Below are positions 9,514 through 19,148 of a stretch of DNA of 64,000 bases, one piece after another. The stretch comes from Candidatus Planktophila sp. (GTDB taxonomy: Bacteria; Actinomycetota; Actinomycetes; Nanopelagicales; Nanopelagicaceae): the NCBI GenBank assembly GCA_044233285.1, contig JBIIKH010000001.1, forward strand, positions 54,972 to 118,971, in the 5' to 3' direction. Within the stretch, counting starts at the first letter, position 1. Each line of letters opens with the position of its first letter. The translations under genes and the position numbers were made by a program. Under the pieces are notes generated by a model. That model had not been told where the DNA came from and did no database searches. It was given only the letters and a program-made list of their open reading frames with translations.

Positions 9514-9687
9514 TTAAGCGCTGCGAGCGTCAAACTGGAGTGGAGGGGTCAATCCACTGTCGGCAAGAACTGTTAGCGCTGAGAGGGTGGCGTCGCTGAT
9601 ATCAGGTGTGGGTTCGAGAAAGAATGCGACAACGCATGTGTTGCAGGCGATGGTGGCCATGGAGCATTTATTGCAATCGATGATCAT
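9514..9687 (-). CDS. Small four-cysteine protein (CxxC-x6-CxxC), 57 aa
   Basis: MIIDCNKCSMATIACNTCVV...ALTVLADSGLTPPL; ATG 9687 lies 7 nt after a -10 element. Confidence 0.75.
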   Translation of the reverse strand: MIIDCNKCSMATIACNTCVVAFFLEPTPDISDATLSALTVLADSGLTPPLQFDARSA

Positions 9688-9694
9688 GGTTACA

Positions 9695-9716
9695 AATGTA
9701 AAGGAAGCCACTGACA
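9695..9716 (-). promoter_or_regulatory. RecA-NDp / PafBC-type promoter (leaderless) for the Cys microprotein
   Basis: Minus strand: TGTCAGTG, gcttcctt (8 nt), TACATT, 7 nt, ATG. Confidence 0.8.
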
Positions 9717-9759
9717 GATATATCTCACATTCCAGCAGTGGTAGGCAATAATTGGGAAC

Positions 9760-10269
9760 GTGAGCGTCGTTGCAACTCTTGTTGTTGGTGTCGATGGTTC
9801 AACCTCAAAAGAAAGTCGCTCAGCTGGTGTTAGCTCCCCCGCAGATCGAAAGATTTTTCTCCAACGACGCCGTGAGGTGGACTGCATCATTGTTGGTGGC
9901 AACACTGCCCGTCATGAGCCTTACAACCGAACACCAGTACCGCTAGTGGTCATCTCGCGGTCCCTGGTCAATCCAGTGCAGGGCAATCACTTGGCTTTGT
10001 TGTGGAACTGTTCACCGGTACAAGCAGTGGAAAAAGCACGAGCGCAATTTGGTGAAAAGATTTTAATAGAGGGTGGAATCACATTGATTAACGATCTAGT
10101 CAAAAACAAAATCATTGATCGCTTAGAACTTAGCGTTACACCTGCAGTCGGAGGCGAAGATCGCATTGACTGGAAAGAGCTGCTTGCACACTTTGCTCAC
10201 TGTGAATCACGTGAAATAGAGGGAACTACCTTTTATTCAGCTTTTAACATTAAAGGCCTGCATGATTGA
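9760..10269 (+). CDS. RibD C-terminal / dihydrofolate reductase-like protein
   Basis: 'VGVDGST', 'IIVGGNTARHE', 'ILIEGG', 'DRLELSVTP'. Confidence 0.8.
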   Translation: MSVVATLVVGVDGSTSKESRSAGVSSPADRKIFLQRRREVDCIIVGGNTARHEPYNRTPVPLVVISRSLVNPVQGNHLALLWNCSPVQAVEKARAQFGEKILIEGGITLINDLVKNKIIDRLELSVTPAVGGEDRIDWKELLAHFAHCESREIEGTTFYSAFNIKGLHD

Positions 10270-11088
10270 AACACCAATAACGGCTAGTGCAATTCCAACG
10301 TACTGAATCTTAAGCAGTCTTTCATGTAAAAACTTGTATGCCAATAACGCAGTGGCAATCGGGAACAAGGAACCAAATACCATTGCAACAGAGACAAGGC
10401 CCTTGGTGCATGCGATCCCAAGTAATAGATTCGCAAGAAAATCTGCCGCTCCAATAAAGATCAGCGTCGGCATTTCTTTACTACTGAAATTACCTGTCGT
10501 CTTAAATTTTATTGCCAAAGAGATAGTTACAAAAAAAGTTGCAACTCGCATCGAAACCATTGTAAGCAAGGCACTACTTTGAGATCCAATAGCAATAAAT
10601 GTCAGTGCAAGTCCAAAGCCAGCTGCTGCGCCTAATGCCAAGAATAGTGGCTTGCGCGGAAGTCCTTGAGAGAGTTCTGGACCGCTTGCACAAAAGACTC
10701 CGATCAATGCAATCCCAACGCCAAGCAAAGTTACTGATGAAAGAACATCGCCTGTGATGAGGGCGTAACCCAATGGAATAACAGTGCTTAATGAACTAAT
10801 TGGGGAAACAACACCCATTCGACCAGTAGATAAACCTTCATATAAACAGGCAAGCCCGATGTAGCCAAAAAGACCAGCAAGTGCGCCAGGAATTAGAAAG
10901 CCGTCAAAACCTAAGACTTTGCCGTCCCAACTTCCCGAAACAATGACAATCAAAATTCCAACAAAAAGACCAACAACTTGAGAAAAACCAAGGACTGCGA
11001 ATGGATGATGTTTCTTACTAAGACGTCCGGCAAAAAAATCTGCAGTGCCCCACATTGCACTTGAAAGAAGTGCTAATAACGAGGCCAT
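10237..11088 (-). CDS. EamA/DMT family transporter
   Basis: About 10 hydrophobic helices; 'WGTADFFAG', 'GRMGVVSPI', 'LHERL'. Confidence 0.88.
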   Translation of the reverse strand: MASLLALLSSAMWGTADFFAGRLSKKHHPFAVLGFSQVVGLFVGILIVIVSGSWDGKVLGFDGFLIPGALAGLFGYIGLACLYEGLSTGRMGVVSPISSLSTVIPLGYALITGDVLSSVTLLGVGIALIGVFCASGPELSQGLPRKPLFLALGAAAGFGLALTFIAIGSQSSALLTMVSMRVATFFVTISLAIKFKTTGNFSSKEMPTLIFIGAADFLANLLLGIACTKGLVSVAMVFGSLFPIATALLAYKFLHERLLKIQYVGIALAVIGVSIMQAFNVKS

Positions 11089-11148
11089 TGCTCAAGGCTA
11101 CCGCCCCGCCTCCCATAAAATGCGTGATTAATTCTTTATCCTTGAGTT

Positions 11149-11727
11149 GTGGATGCGAATGCTTTCGAGCGACTAATAGATTTACTTCGTACCTTCACGC
11201 CACGAGCAGAGGTCGCTCTTATCGAAGTACCTGCCCCTCAAAAACTAGCTACCTTTGCCTTCGCATTTTCGGCAGATGTTTCCAACGGATTGATCGGTGA
11301 GGAAGAAAATGAAGTAGCCAACGGTCGCTTCGTACTTCTGCATGAACCTGGTGGGCAAGCAACATGGGATGGGGAATTCCGATGCGTAACCTTTGTGAGC
11401 GCTGATGTTGATGCTGTAATGCAAGAGGATCCTTTGTTGCCAGAAGTTGGCTGGAGCTGGTTTCTTGAATCATTAGAAAGCAATGACTGTGCCTTCAACG
11501 CACCTAGCGGAACGGTAACGCGCGTATCTAGCGCTTCCTTTGGCAAACTCTCTCCACGAAGCGATGATGCAGAAATTGAAATTCGCGCTTCGTGGACCCC
11601 GATAATCACTGAGCCTCATGAATTAATGAAACACATTCAAAGTTGGTGTAATTTAATTTCAGAGGTCGCAGGATTGCCGCCCGTACCCGAAGGCGTCTCT
11701 GCTATTACATCTGCTCGTCGCAATTAA
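11149..11727 (+). CDS. DUF3000 family protein
   Basis: 'EVPAPQKLA', 'GRFVLLHEPGGQATWDG', 'DPLLPEVGWSW', 'EIRASWTP'; usual position upstream of rnd. Confidence 0.85.
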   Translation: MDANAFERLIDLLRTFTPRAEVALIEVPAPQKLATFAFAFSADVSNGLIGEEENEVANGRFVLLHEPGGQATWDGEFRCVTFVSADVDAVMQEDPLLPEVGWSWFLESLESNDCAFNAPSGTVTRVSSASFGKLSPRSDDAEIEIRASWTPIITEPHELMKHIQSWCNLISEVAGLPPVPEGVSAITSARRN

Positions 11728-11729
11728 TC

Positions 11730-13031
11730 ATGAGCGAAGAGATCCAGGTTGTCCCTTTACTCCACCCCGCTTTGGGAACTCCCCCGGTAATTGAAACTGA
11801 ATCAAGTTTCAAGCAAGCACTGGCGCAGTTATCGCAAGGCAACGGTCCTTTTGCAGTAGATGCTGAACGAGCCTCAGGATTTAGGTATAGCGCGCGAGCA
11901 TATTTGATTCAAGTAAAAAGGAACGGCGGTGGATTGCACTTAATCGATCCAATTCCTTTTGGTCCCGGCCACTACCTCTTTTTAGAACTCAATGCATTAA
12001 TGAACACCGATGAAGTGATCTTGCACGCCAGCACCCAAGACTTACCGTGCCTACGCGAATTAGGCATTAATCCAATTCATCTTTTTGACACCGAATTAGC
12101 AGGAAGAATCGCTGGTTTGCCACGCGTTGGATTAGGTCCGCTTTTAGAAACACTCATGGGAGTTTCATTAGCTAAAGAACATAGCGCCGCTGATTGGTCT
12201 GCGCGCCCATTGCCACAAGAGTGGCTTACTTATGCCGCATTAGATGTTGAACTACTAGTAGATCTTCGTGACAAATTGTTTGAATTGTTGAAAAAATCAA
12301 ATAAATTGACGTGGGCACTAGAAGAGTTTGCATCGATTCTCAAAGCACCCCCGGCTCCCCCACGCGTTGATCCATGGCGACGCACATCAGGCATGCATAA
12401 AATAAAACGACGTGATCAACTTGCGATCATCAAAGAGTTGTGGGTCGCACGTGAGCGCATCGCCTCTGAACAGGATATCGCTCCTGGAAAATTGCTAAAT
12501 GATGGTGCGATAGTAGAACTTGCGATGGCCACAGCTGTTACTAAGAAAGAGTTCGAGAAAGCTTTGCGCCCATTGGGGCTTCGTGCACGATGGCTGGAAA
12601 ATTTGCCTCTGTGGCTCAACAGTATTTCAACCGCTGTTGCGTTGCCCGAAGATCAGTGGCCTGCAATGCGAACAAATGCGGATACATTGCCACCGATAAA
12701 ATTGTGGCGCGATAAATTTCCAGAAAAGTACGCGCCACTTTCACATGCGCGCGCTGCTATTGAACTCATTGCTCAACAAAATGAAATCCCAGTTGAAAAT
12801 CTCATCACTCCTGAACATGTCCGACGAGTGTGTTGGAAACCTCCAACCGGTGCGACAGAAGTTCTCTCACTAGAGGCAGTCGAGAAAGCTTTGGCTGATT
12901 TAGGTGCTCGCCAGTGGCAGATAGCCCTTGTTGCTTCTGCCGTGGCATCGGCTCTTTTAGAAAAAGAACCGGTTCCCGTGCCTGAAGTACCTGCTTCAGA
13001 GGTGACGGAAACCACGCCTGAAGAGGGCTGA
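11730..13031 (+). CDS. rnd: Ribonuclease D (DEDDy exonuclease + HRDC)
   Basis: 'AVDAERASG', 'LHASTQDL', 'FDTELA', 'DWSARPL', 'YAALDV'. Confidence 0.9.
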   Translation: MSEEIQVVPLLHPALGTPPVIETESSFKQALAQLSQGNGPFAVDAERASGFRYSARAYLIQVKRNGGGLHLIDPIPFGPGHYLFLELNALMNTDEVILHASTQDLPCLRELGINPIHLFDTELAGRIAGLPRVGLGPLLETLMGVSLAKEHSAADWSARPLPQEWLTYAALDVELLVDLRDKLFELLKKSNKLTWALEEFASILKAPPAPPRVDPWRRTSGMHKIKRRDQLAIIKELWVARERIASEQDIAPGKLLNDGAIVELAMATAVTKKEFEKALRPLGLRARWLENLPLWLNSISTAVALPEDQWPAMRTNADTLPPIKLWRDKFPEKYAPLSHARAAIELIAQQNEIPVENLITPEHVRRVCWKPPTGATEVLSLEAVEKALADLGARQWQIALVASAVASALLEKEPVPVPEVPASEVTETTPEEG

Positions 13032-13058
13032 TTTACGCAACATAAGAGTTGCGTAAAT
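13031..13058. promoter_or_regulatory. Perfect 11-bp inverted repeat: rnd terminator and/or operator over the efeU -35
   Basis: ATTTACGCAAC-ataaga-GTTGCGTAAAT; right arm contains TTGCGT, 17 nt before TAGATT. Confidence 0.55.
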
Positions 13059-13084
13059 ACCCCTTTTCCCTTAGATTTTCCCTC

Positions 13085-13903
13085 GTGCTCAACACTTTCA
13101 TTATTGCCCTGCGAGAAGGCCTGGAAGCCTGCCTCATTGTTGGAATCCTGGTCGCCTACATCGTAAAGACCGATCGCAAGGGCTATTTAAAGCCTTTATG
13201 GACCGGTGTTGCAGCAGCAGTGGTCTTAAGTATTGCTCTTGGAGCATTTCTAACTCTAACTTCGGTTTCACTGAGCGAACGAGGGCAAGAGCTATTTGCA
13301 GGTGTCACATCTTTCATTGCCGTTGGACTTGTTACATGGATGGTTTTTTGGATGAAAAGAACGGCCAGAACCCTGCGCAATGAATTGCACGGCAAGTTAG
13401 ATACCGCTGTTGCAACAGGCCCGCTAGCCCTTGCTGGAGTGGCTTTTATCGCTGTTATTCGCGAAGGTCTTGAAACATCATTATTTGTTTACACAAACTT
13501 CCAAACAGTTGACTCTGTTACCAGTTCTACCATTGGATTGGTTCTAGGATTTGCACTCTCAATCACCCTTGGCTATTTGATCTACAAGAGTGCTATTCGC
13601 TTGAACCTTTCAAAGTTCTTCACCTATTCAGGTGTTGCTTTGATTATTGTTGCCGCTGGCGTTTTGTCCTACGGAATCCACGAGTTCCAAGAGCTTGGAT
13701 ATCTTCCTTGGGGGAAGGCATATGCCTGGGATGTAACCGCTGCCATCCCTAAGGAATCAGTCCTCAGTGCTTTCCTTTCTGGAACCATCGGCTTTGATGC
13801 AAATACCTCATGGCTCCAACTAGGCGTCTATGTCCTATATCTAGGCGCGGTCCTAGTTCCTTACCTATCCAAGCCACGCTCAAAGAGTTTGGCTAACGCT
13901 TAA
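13085..13903 (+). CDS. efeU: FTR1/EfeU family iron permease
   Basis: Two REGLE motifs and about 7 TM helices; GTG 13085 lies 7 nt after TAGATT. Confidence 0.9.
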   Translation: MLNTFIIALREGLEACLIVGILVAYIVKTDRKGYLKPLWTGVAAAVVLSIALGAFLTLTSVSLSERGQELFAGVTSFIAVGLVTWMVFWMKRTARTLRNELHGKLDTAVATGPLALAGVAFIAVIREGLETSLFVYTNFQTVDSVTSSTIGLVLGFALSITLGYLIYKSAIRLNLSKFFTYSGVALIIVAAGVLSYGIHEFQELGYLPWGKAYAWDVTAAIPKESVLSAFLSGTIGFDANTSWLQLGVYVLYLGAVLVPYLSKPRSKSLANA

Positions 13904-13923
13904 TTCGCTACTGTTCTAAACCC

Positions 13924-13937
13924 TTACTGGCGAGTAA
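13924..13937. promoter_or_regulatory. Candidate operator of the fadAB operon
   Basis: Palindrome TTACT-GGCG-AGTAA overlapping a TAACCT -10 (13935-13940). Confidence 0.5.
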
Positions 13938-13970
13938 CCTTTGGGCTAAGCCCTAGGTAAAGGAAGTTCC

Positions 13971-15158
13971 ATGTCCCGCACAGTTGTTCTTGTCGATGCC
14001 GTCCGCACACCTTTTGGAAAGGCCGGCGGAATGTATGCCGGTACACGTGCAGATGATCTTATGGTCCGCGCAATTCGTGGATTACTAGAACGCAATCCAA
14101 AGGTAGATCCTTCATCAATTGAAGATGTCGCAATCGCTGCTGCTACACAAACTGGTGATCAAGGTATGAACATTGGTCGAAGCGCGGCCTTGTTATCGGG
14201 ATTGCCCAACACTGTTCCTGGCTATTCAATTGATCGTTGGTGTGCTGGGGCATTAACAGCTGTAACAACTATTGCAGGTGCCATTGCGATGGGAACAAAT
14301 GAAATTGCTATTGCTGGCGGTGTTGAACACATGGGTAACCATCCAATGGGAGAGCTGATGGATCCAAATCCTCGCTACCTTGCAGAACGTATTGTTGAAC
14401 AAGATGCACTTGCCATGGGCGCAACTGCAGAAAGATTGCATGATCGCTTTCCACAATTAACTAAGGAACGTGCCGATCGCTATGCAATGAATTCGCAGCT
14501 TAAAACTGCGCAAGCTTATGCAGAGGGAAAAATTCAAAGAGATTTAATTCCAACTGCGGCCCGCAGCGCAGAACTTGGCTGGACTGTTGCAACCGTAGAT
14601 GAAGCACCACGCCCGCAAACAACTATGGAAGGCCTTGCGGGATTAAAGACACCTTTCCGCCCAGCAGGTCGCGTAACACCAGGCAACTCATCAGGATTAA
14701 ATGATGGAGCAACGGCAGCAATACTTGCTAGTGAAGAAAAAGCGTTAGAACTTGGATTAACAATTAAGGCCAAGATGGTTACCTATGCCTTCGCTGGTGT
14801 TGAGCCAGAGATCATGGGATATGGACCTGTTCCATCAACACTTAAGGCACTAAAGCAAGCAGGATTAACAATTGCAGATATCGGTGCATTCGAAGTTAAT
14901 GAAGCTTTTGCCGTGCAGGTCATTGCATTCCTGGATCACTTTGGAATCGCAGATGATGATCCTCGGGTAAATCCATATGGTGGAGCAATCGCTGTTGGTC
15001 ACCCATTGGCATCCTCAGGTGTTCGTTTGATGCTCAATTTGGCTCGCACCTTTGAAACACAACCAGAGGTTCGCTATGGCATCACAACAATGTGTATTGG
15101 ACTCGGAATGGGTGGCACTGTCATCTGGGAAAACCCAAACTTTAAGGGAGCGAAGTAA
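13971..15158 (+). CDS. fadA: Acetyl-CoA C-acyltransferase (thiolase)
   Basis: 'RTPFGK', 'IDRWCAG', 'NEAFA', 'GHPLASSG', 'MCIGLGMG'; SD AAGGAAG. Confidence 0.92.
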   Translation: MSRTVVLVDAVRTPFGKAGGMYAGTRADDLMVRAIRGLLERNPKVDPSSIEDVAIAAATQTGDQGMNIGRSAALLSGLPNTVPGYSIDRWCAGALTAVTTIAGAIAMGTNEIAIAGGVEHMGNHPMGELMDPNPRYLAERIVEQDALAMGATAERLHDRFPQLTKERADRYAMNSQLKTAQAYAEGKIQRDLIPTAARSAELGWTVATVDEAPRPQTTMEGLAGLKTPFRPAGRVTPGNSSGLNDGATAAILASEEKALELGLTIKAKMVTYAFAGVEPEIMGYGPVPSTLKALKQAGLTIADIGAFEVNEAFAVQVIAFLDHFGIADDDPRVNPYGGAIAVGHPLASSGVRLMLNLARTFETQPEVRYGITTMCIGLGMGGTVIWENPNFKGAK

Positions 15159-15160
15159 TT

Positions 15161-17269
15161 ATGAGCGCAGAGATCACACTTCCAGCTGGAGCACCTGAAG
15201 AGGTTGTTACACATGCACTTGTGCGCGACATTGATCTTTCTGCCTTCGGCGGTAAAGGATCACTTGCGCTCATCACGTTGGATAACGGCCACGATCACAA
15301 TCGACCAAATACCTTTGGCCCACAGTCCGTTAACGCGTTAAATGATGCGATAACAGAGGCGATCGGACGCAATCCTGCCGCTATCGCAATTACTGGTAAA
15401 CCATTTATTTTTGCAGCAGGCGCTGACCTCTCAGCACTTTCATTTCTCAACGACCGCAGCCAAGCACTAGCCATTGGAAAACTTGGTCACGATGTTTTTC
15501 GTCGTTTAGGTGAGTCAAAGATCCCAACATTTGCATTCATTAACGGGTTAGCTTTGGGTGGCGGACTAGAAGTTGGCTTACATTGCCATTACCGAACTGT
15601 TGCCTCCACTGCTTTCACAGCTCTTCCTGAAGTTTTTCTTGGCCTAGTGCCGGGTTGGGGTGGAGCAACAATCTTGCCTAAATTAATTGGGCCAGAGCGT
15701 GCAGTTCAGGTGATCATGCTTAATGCTCTCAATAACAACACCATGATGAAGGCTAAAGATGCATTGAAACTTGGTGTAGTAGATGCGATGTTTGATCCTG
15801 CAGACTTTCTAGAGCGCTCAATTGGTTTTGCTGTTGGCATCCTCAATGGCACCGCAAAGATTGAACGCGCTGATTACAGCAACGATCCGGCCTGGGATTC
15901 AGCACTTGCCACAGGAAAGGCTGCAGCACTCAAAAAATATGGCGGTGCAACTATTGCATCACCAATGAAAGCCCTTGAACTAATTGCTGCTGCGCGAAGT
16001 AACACCCTGGGTGAAGGTTTTGATGCAGAGGATCAAGTGCTTTCTGATTTGACCATGTCTGATCCACTTCGCTCTTCCCTATATGCATTCAACTTGATTC
16101 AGAAAAAACGCAAAAAGGTTGAAGGTGCTCCAAAGCCTGCGCTGGCACGTAAGGTAACAAAGGTTGGCGTTGTTGGTGCTGGCTTAATGGCATCTCAGTT
16201 AGCTCTACTCATGGTTCGTAATCTTAAGTGCCCTGTAGTGATGACAGATATTGACCAAGAGCGCGCAGACAAAGGTGTTGCTTGGGTCAAGAACGAGTTA
16301 GCAAAATTGGTAGAAAAGAAGCGAATGAGTCCAGAGGCTGCGGGTCGACTCTCACTTCTGGTTTCAGGATCTGCTGATCAATCAGTATTTGCTGGATGCG
16401 ATTTCATAATCGAGGCTATTTTTGAAGAGCTATCTTTGAAGCAAGAGCTTTTCAAGAAGCTAGAAACTATCGTTTCTCCTGAGTGTGTTTTGGCAACTAA
16501 CACCTCTTCCCTATCGGTTGAACGAATGACTGAGGGGCTAAAGAATCCAGAGCGCGTAGTTGGCTTCCACTTCTTTAATCCAGTAGCAGTAATGCCTTTG
16601 CTAGAAGTTGCTCGTACATCAACTACAGATGATGCGACAACAGCAACAGCTATTGCAGTTGGTAAAGAGCTAAAGAAGACCATGATCATTTGTAAGGATG
16701 CACCGGGATTTGTGGTTAATCGCTTGTTAACTCGCTTTATGGGTGAGGTAACAGATGCTGTTGATGAAGGCACGCCAACTGATGTGGCAGATTCAGCAAT
16801 GATGGAAATCGGATTCCCAATGTCTCCATTCCAATTATTGGATCTTGTTGGCCCTGGTGTTGCTTTGCATGTTTCTGAAACGCTCCATAACAACCTTGGT
16901 CCCCGTTATCGAATATCCCCCACTATGCAACGCATGGTCAAAGAAGGAGTTCGTTACTTCTACGTGAAAAATGAAGATGGTTCAGTTGGTGCAAATCCTG
17001 CTGCTATGGCTCTTGTTGAAAAGGGAACATCACCATCAACTGCTGAGCAAGTGCGATCTCGCGCACTAAAGGCCCTGGCCGAGGAGGCTCGCGCCATGCT
17101 TGATGAGGGCGTTGTCTCCACACCAGCAGAGATCGATCTCTGTATGTTGATGGGCGCTGGATGGCCAATGCATCTTGGTGGAATATTGCCGTATCTAGAT
17201 CGCGAGGGAATTAGCGAATCAGTTACTGGTAAGCGCTTCCATGAAAAGGGTGTTGCTTCACTTCCTTAG
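15161..17269 (+). CDS. fadB: Enoyl-CoA hydratase / 3-hydroxyacyl-CoA dehydrogenase
   Basis: Crotonase 'GGGLE..LPEVFLG' plus HAD 'VVGAGLMA', 'ATNTSSL', 'GFHFFNP'. Confidence 0.92.
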   Translation: MSAEITLPAGAPEEVVTHALVRDIDLSAFGGKGSLALITLDNGHDHNRPNTFGPQSVNALNDAITEAIGRNPAAIAITGKPFIFAAGADLSALSFLNDRSQALAIGKLGHDVFRRLGESKIPTFAFINGLALGGGLEVGLHCHYRTVASTAFTALPEVFLGLVPGWGGATILPKLIGPERAVQVIMLNALNNNTMMKAKDALKLGVVDAMFDPADFLERSIGFAVGILNGTAKIERADYSNDPAWDSALATGKAAALKKYGGATIASPMKALELIAAARSNTLGEGFDAEDQVLSDLTMSDPLRSSLYAFNLIQKKRKKVEGAPKPALARKVTKVGVVGAGLMASQLALLMVRNLKCPVVMTDIDQERADKGVAWVKNELAKLVEKKRMSPEAAGRLSLLVSGSADQSVFAGCDFIIEAIFEELSLKQELFKKLETIVSPECVLATNTSSLSVERMTEGLKNPERVVGFHFFNPVAVMPLLEVARTSTTDDATTATAIAVGKELKKTMIICKDAPGFVVNRLLTRFMGEVTDAVDEGTPTDVADSAMMEIGFPMSPFQLLDLVGPGVALHVSETLHNNLGPRYRISPTMQRMVKEGVRYFYVKNEDGSVGANPAAMALVEKGTSPSTAEQVRSRALKALAEEARAMLDEGVVSTPAEIDLCMLMGAGWPMHLGGILPYLDREGISESVTGKRFHEKGVASLP

Positions 17270-17271
17270 AA

Positions 17272-19131
17272 CTAGGAAATCCATCCAGATATCTGCTGCA
17301 CAATTTCAGCGGGAGTGATTGCAAGATCTTCTAGAATTTCATTGCGCTTTGAATGCTCAATGAATTCAAGCGGGATGCCAATTGAGTGCAAGGTGCAATT
17401 ACTGCCAGCTTCGCGCAGCGCCTCTGAAATAGTGCTTGCAATACCCGCATGCTTGATTCCATCCTCCATGACAATGACGGTGCCGTAATGCCCGCACATT
17501 GCGATTACATCTGGTGAAATCGGCTTAACCCACAATGGATCAACAACTGTGATTTCTATCGATTGCTCCTTGGCAAGGTTTGCAACCTCTACAGCCATAG
17601 AAGCCATAGATCCAACACTTATCAAAAGAACTTGCTTACTAGCACCACGGTGCAAGATATCTGTCCCTGAAATTCTTTCCAGGGCAGGAATATCTGATGG
17701 AACTGCTCCTTTCGGGAATCTAATCATCGATGGAGCATCGTGAATTGCTACAGATTGGCGCAAAATTTCTTTAAGGCGTGCGCCATCTCGAGGAGCTCCA
17801 ACATGCATATTCGGAACGATTCCAGTTAAGGCTAAGTCCCAGATGCCATGATGTGAAGGTCCATCATCGCCTGTAATTCCAGAACGATCCAATACAAAAG
17901 TCACTCCTGCGTTGTGGAGAGCAACATCTAGCAATAACTGATCAAAGGCGCGATTAAGAAATGTTGAGTAAATAGCGATGACTGGATGCATTCCTGCATA
18001 GGACAAGCCGGCTGCACTTGTCACTGCATGCTGTTCTGCAATTCCAACATCGATGGTTCTGTCAGGAAAACTCTGCGCAAACTTGTCTAGCCCTGTTGGG
18101 CCAAGCATTGCTGCAGTAATTGCAATAATTTTCGAATTCTCTTGACCGACTTGAGTTATCTCTTCAGAGAAGATGTTTGTCCATGAAGGCGCAGATGCCT
18201 TAAGTGGCTTGCCAGTTACTGAATCAACAATTCCAACAGCATGAAACTTCTCAGCCATATCCTCAATCGCCGGTGTGTAGCCACGCCCTTTTTCTGTGAT
18301 TGCATGGACTATCACAGGAGAACCGAACTCCTTAGCAATCTGTAACGTCTTTTCCATGGCAGCGATGTCATGACCATCAATTGGCCCGAGGTATTTAAAA
18401 CCCAGATCCTCAAACATTCCTTGAGGCGCGACCATATCTTTAATTCCTTTTTTCATGCCATGCAAAGTGCCGTAAATATATTTACCAACGAGCGGAGTTT
18501 TGTGAAGCATTCTCTTGCCTCGACCCAAGATGCGTTCGTACTCTTTACTTGCACGCAAAGTAGTTAAATAGGTCGCTAATCCGCCAATAGTTGGCGAATA
18601 AGACCTCTCATTATCATTAACAACAATAACCAAATTACGATCTGACTCCGGAGATAAATTGTTGAGTGCTTCCCAGGACATTCCTCCTGTTAAGGCACCA
18701 TCTCCTACTACTGCGACAACGTGACGATCAGATTGGCCAGTTAGGAAAAAACCTCGAGAAATTCCATCAGCCCAAGAAAGAGCGGTAGATGCATGCGAGT
18801 TCTCGATAACGTCGTGAGCGCTCTCTCGACGATTTGGATAACCAGATATTCCATTTCGTTGACGTAGCAAATCAAATTGTTCTGCTCGCCCTGTAAGAAT
18901 CTTATGAACATAGGATTGGTGCCCCGTGTCAAAGAGAACTACATCTTTAGGTGAATCAAAAACTCTATGAATTGCAATAGTAAGTTCCACAACACCAAGG
19001 TTTGGCCCTAAATGCCCACCTGTTTTTGTCACCTTATCGATCAAAAACTCCCGAATTTCTGAGGCAAGCTCTTTTAACTGGGCAGGACTCATCTGGCCGA
19101 GCGTGGCTAGTGAGATGTTGTTAAGTTCCAT
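17272..19131 (-). CDS. dxs: 1-deoxy-D-xylulose-5-phosphate synthase
   Basis: 'GGHLGPNLGVVEL', 'DTGHQSY', 'GDGALTGG', 'GIAEQH', 'DGPSH'. Confidence 0.95.
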   Translation of the reverse strand: MELNNISLATLGQMSPAQLKELASEIREFLIDKVTKTGGHLGPNLGVVELTIAIHRVFDSPKDVVLFDTGHQSYVHKILTGRAEQFDLLRQRNGISGYPNRRESAHDVIENSHASTALSWADGISRGFFLTGQSDRHVVAVVGDGALTGGMSWEALNNLSPESDRNLVIVVNDNERSYSPTIGGLATYLTTLRASKEYERILGRGKRMLHKTPLVGKYIYGTLHGMKKGIKDMVAPQGMFEDLGFKYLGPIDGHDIAAMEKTLQIAKEFGSPVIVHAITEKGRGYTPAIEDMAEKFHAVGIVDSVTGKPLKASAPSWTNIFSEEITQVGQENSKIIAITAAMLGPTGLDKFAQSFPDRTIDVGIAEQHAVTSAAGLSYAGMHPVIAIYSTFLNRAFDQLLLDVALHNAGVTFVLDRSGITGDDGPSHHGIWDLALTGIVPNMHVGAPRDGARLKEILRQSVAIHDAPSMIRFPKGAVPSDIPALERISGTDILHRGASKQVLLISVGSMASMAVEVANLAKEQSIEITVVDPLWVKPISPDVIAMCGHYGTVIVMEDGIKHAGIASTISEALREAGSNCTLHSIGIPLEFIEHSKRNEILEDLAITPAEIVQQISGWIS

Positions 19132-19148
19132 GAGGGTTTAGTGTGAAA

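Noticed and set aside
9733-9754. CAGCAGTG-N8-TAATTG as a PafBC promoter for the RibD-like gene
   Set aside because: Three mismatches in the octamer and the -10 lacks its final T; at most a relic.
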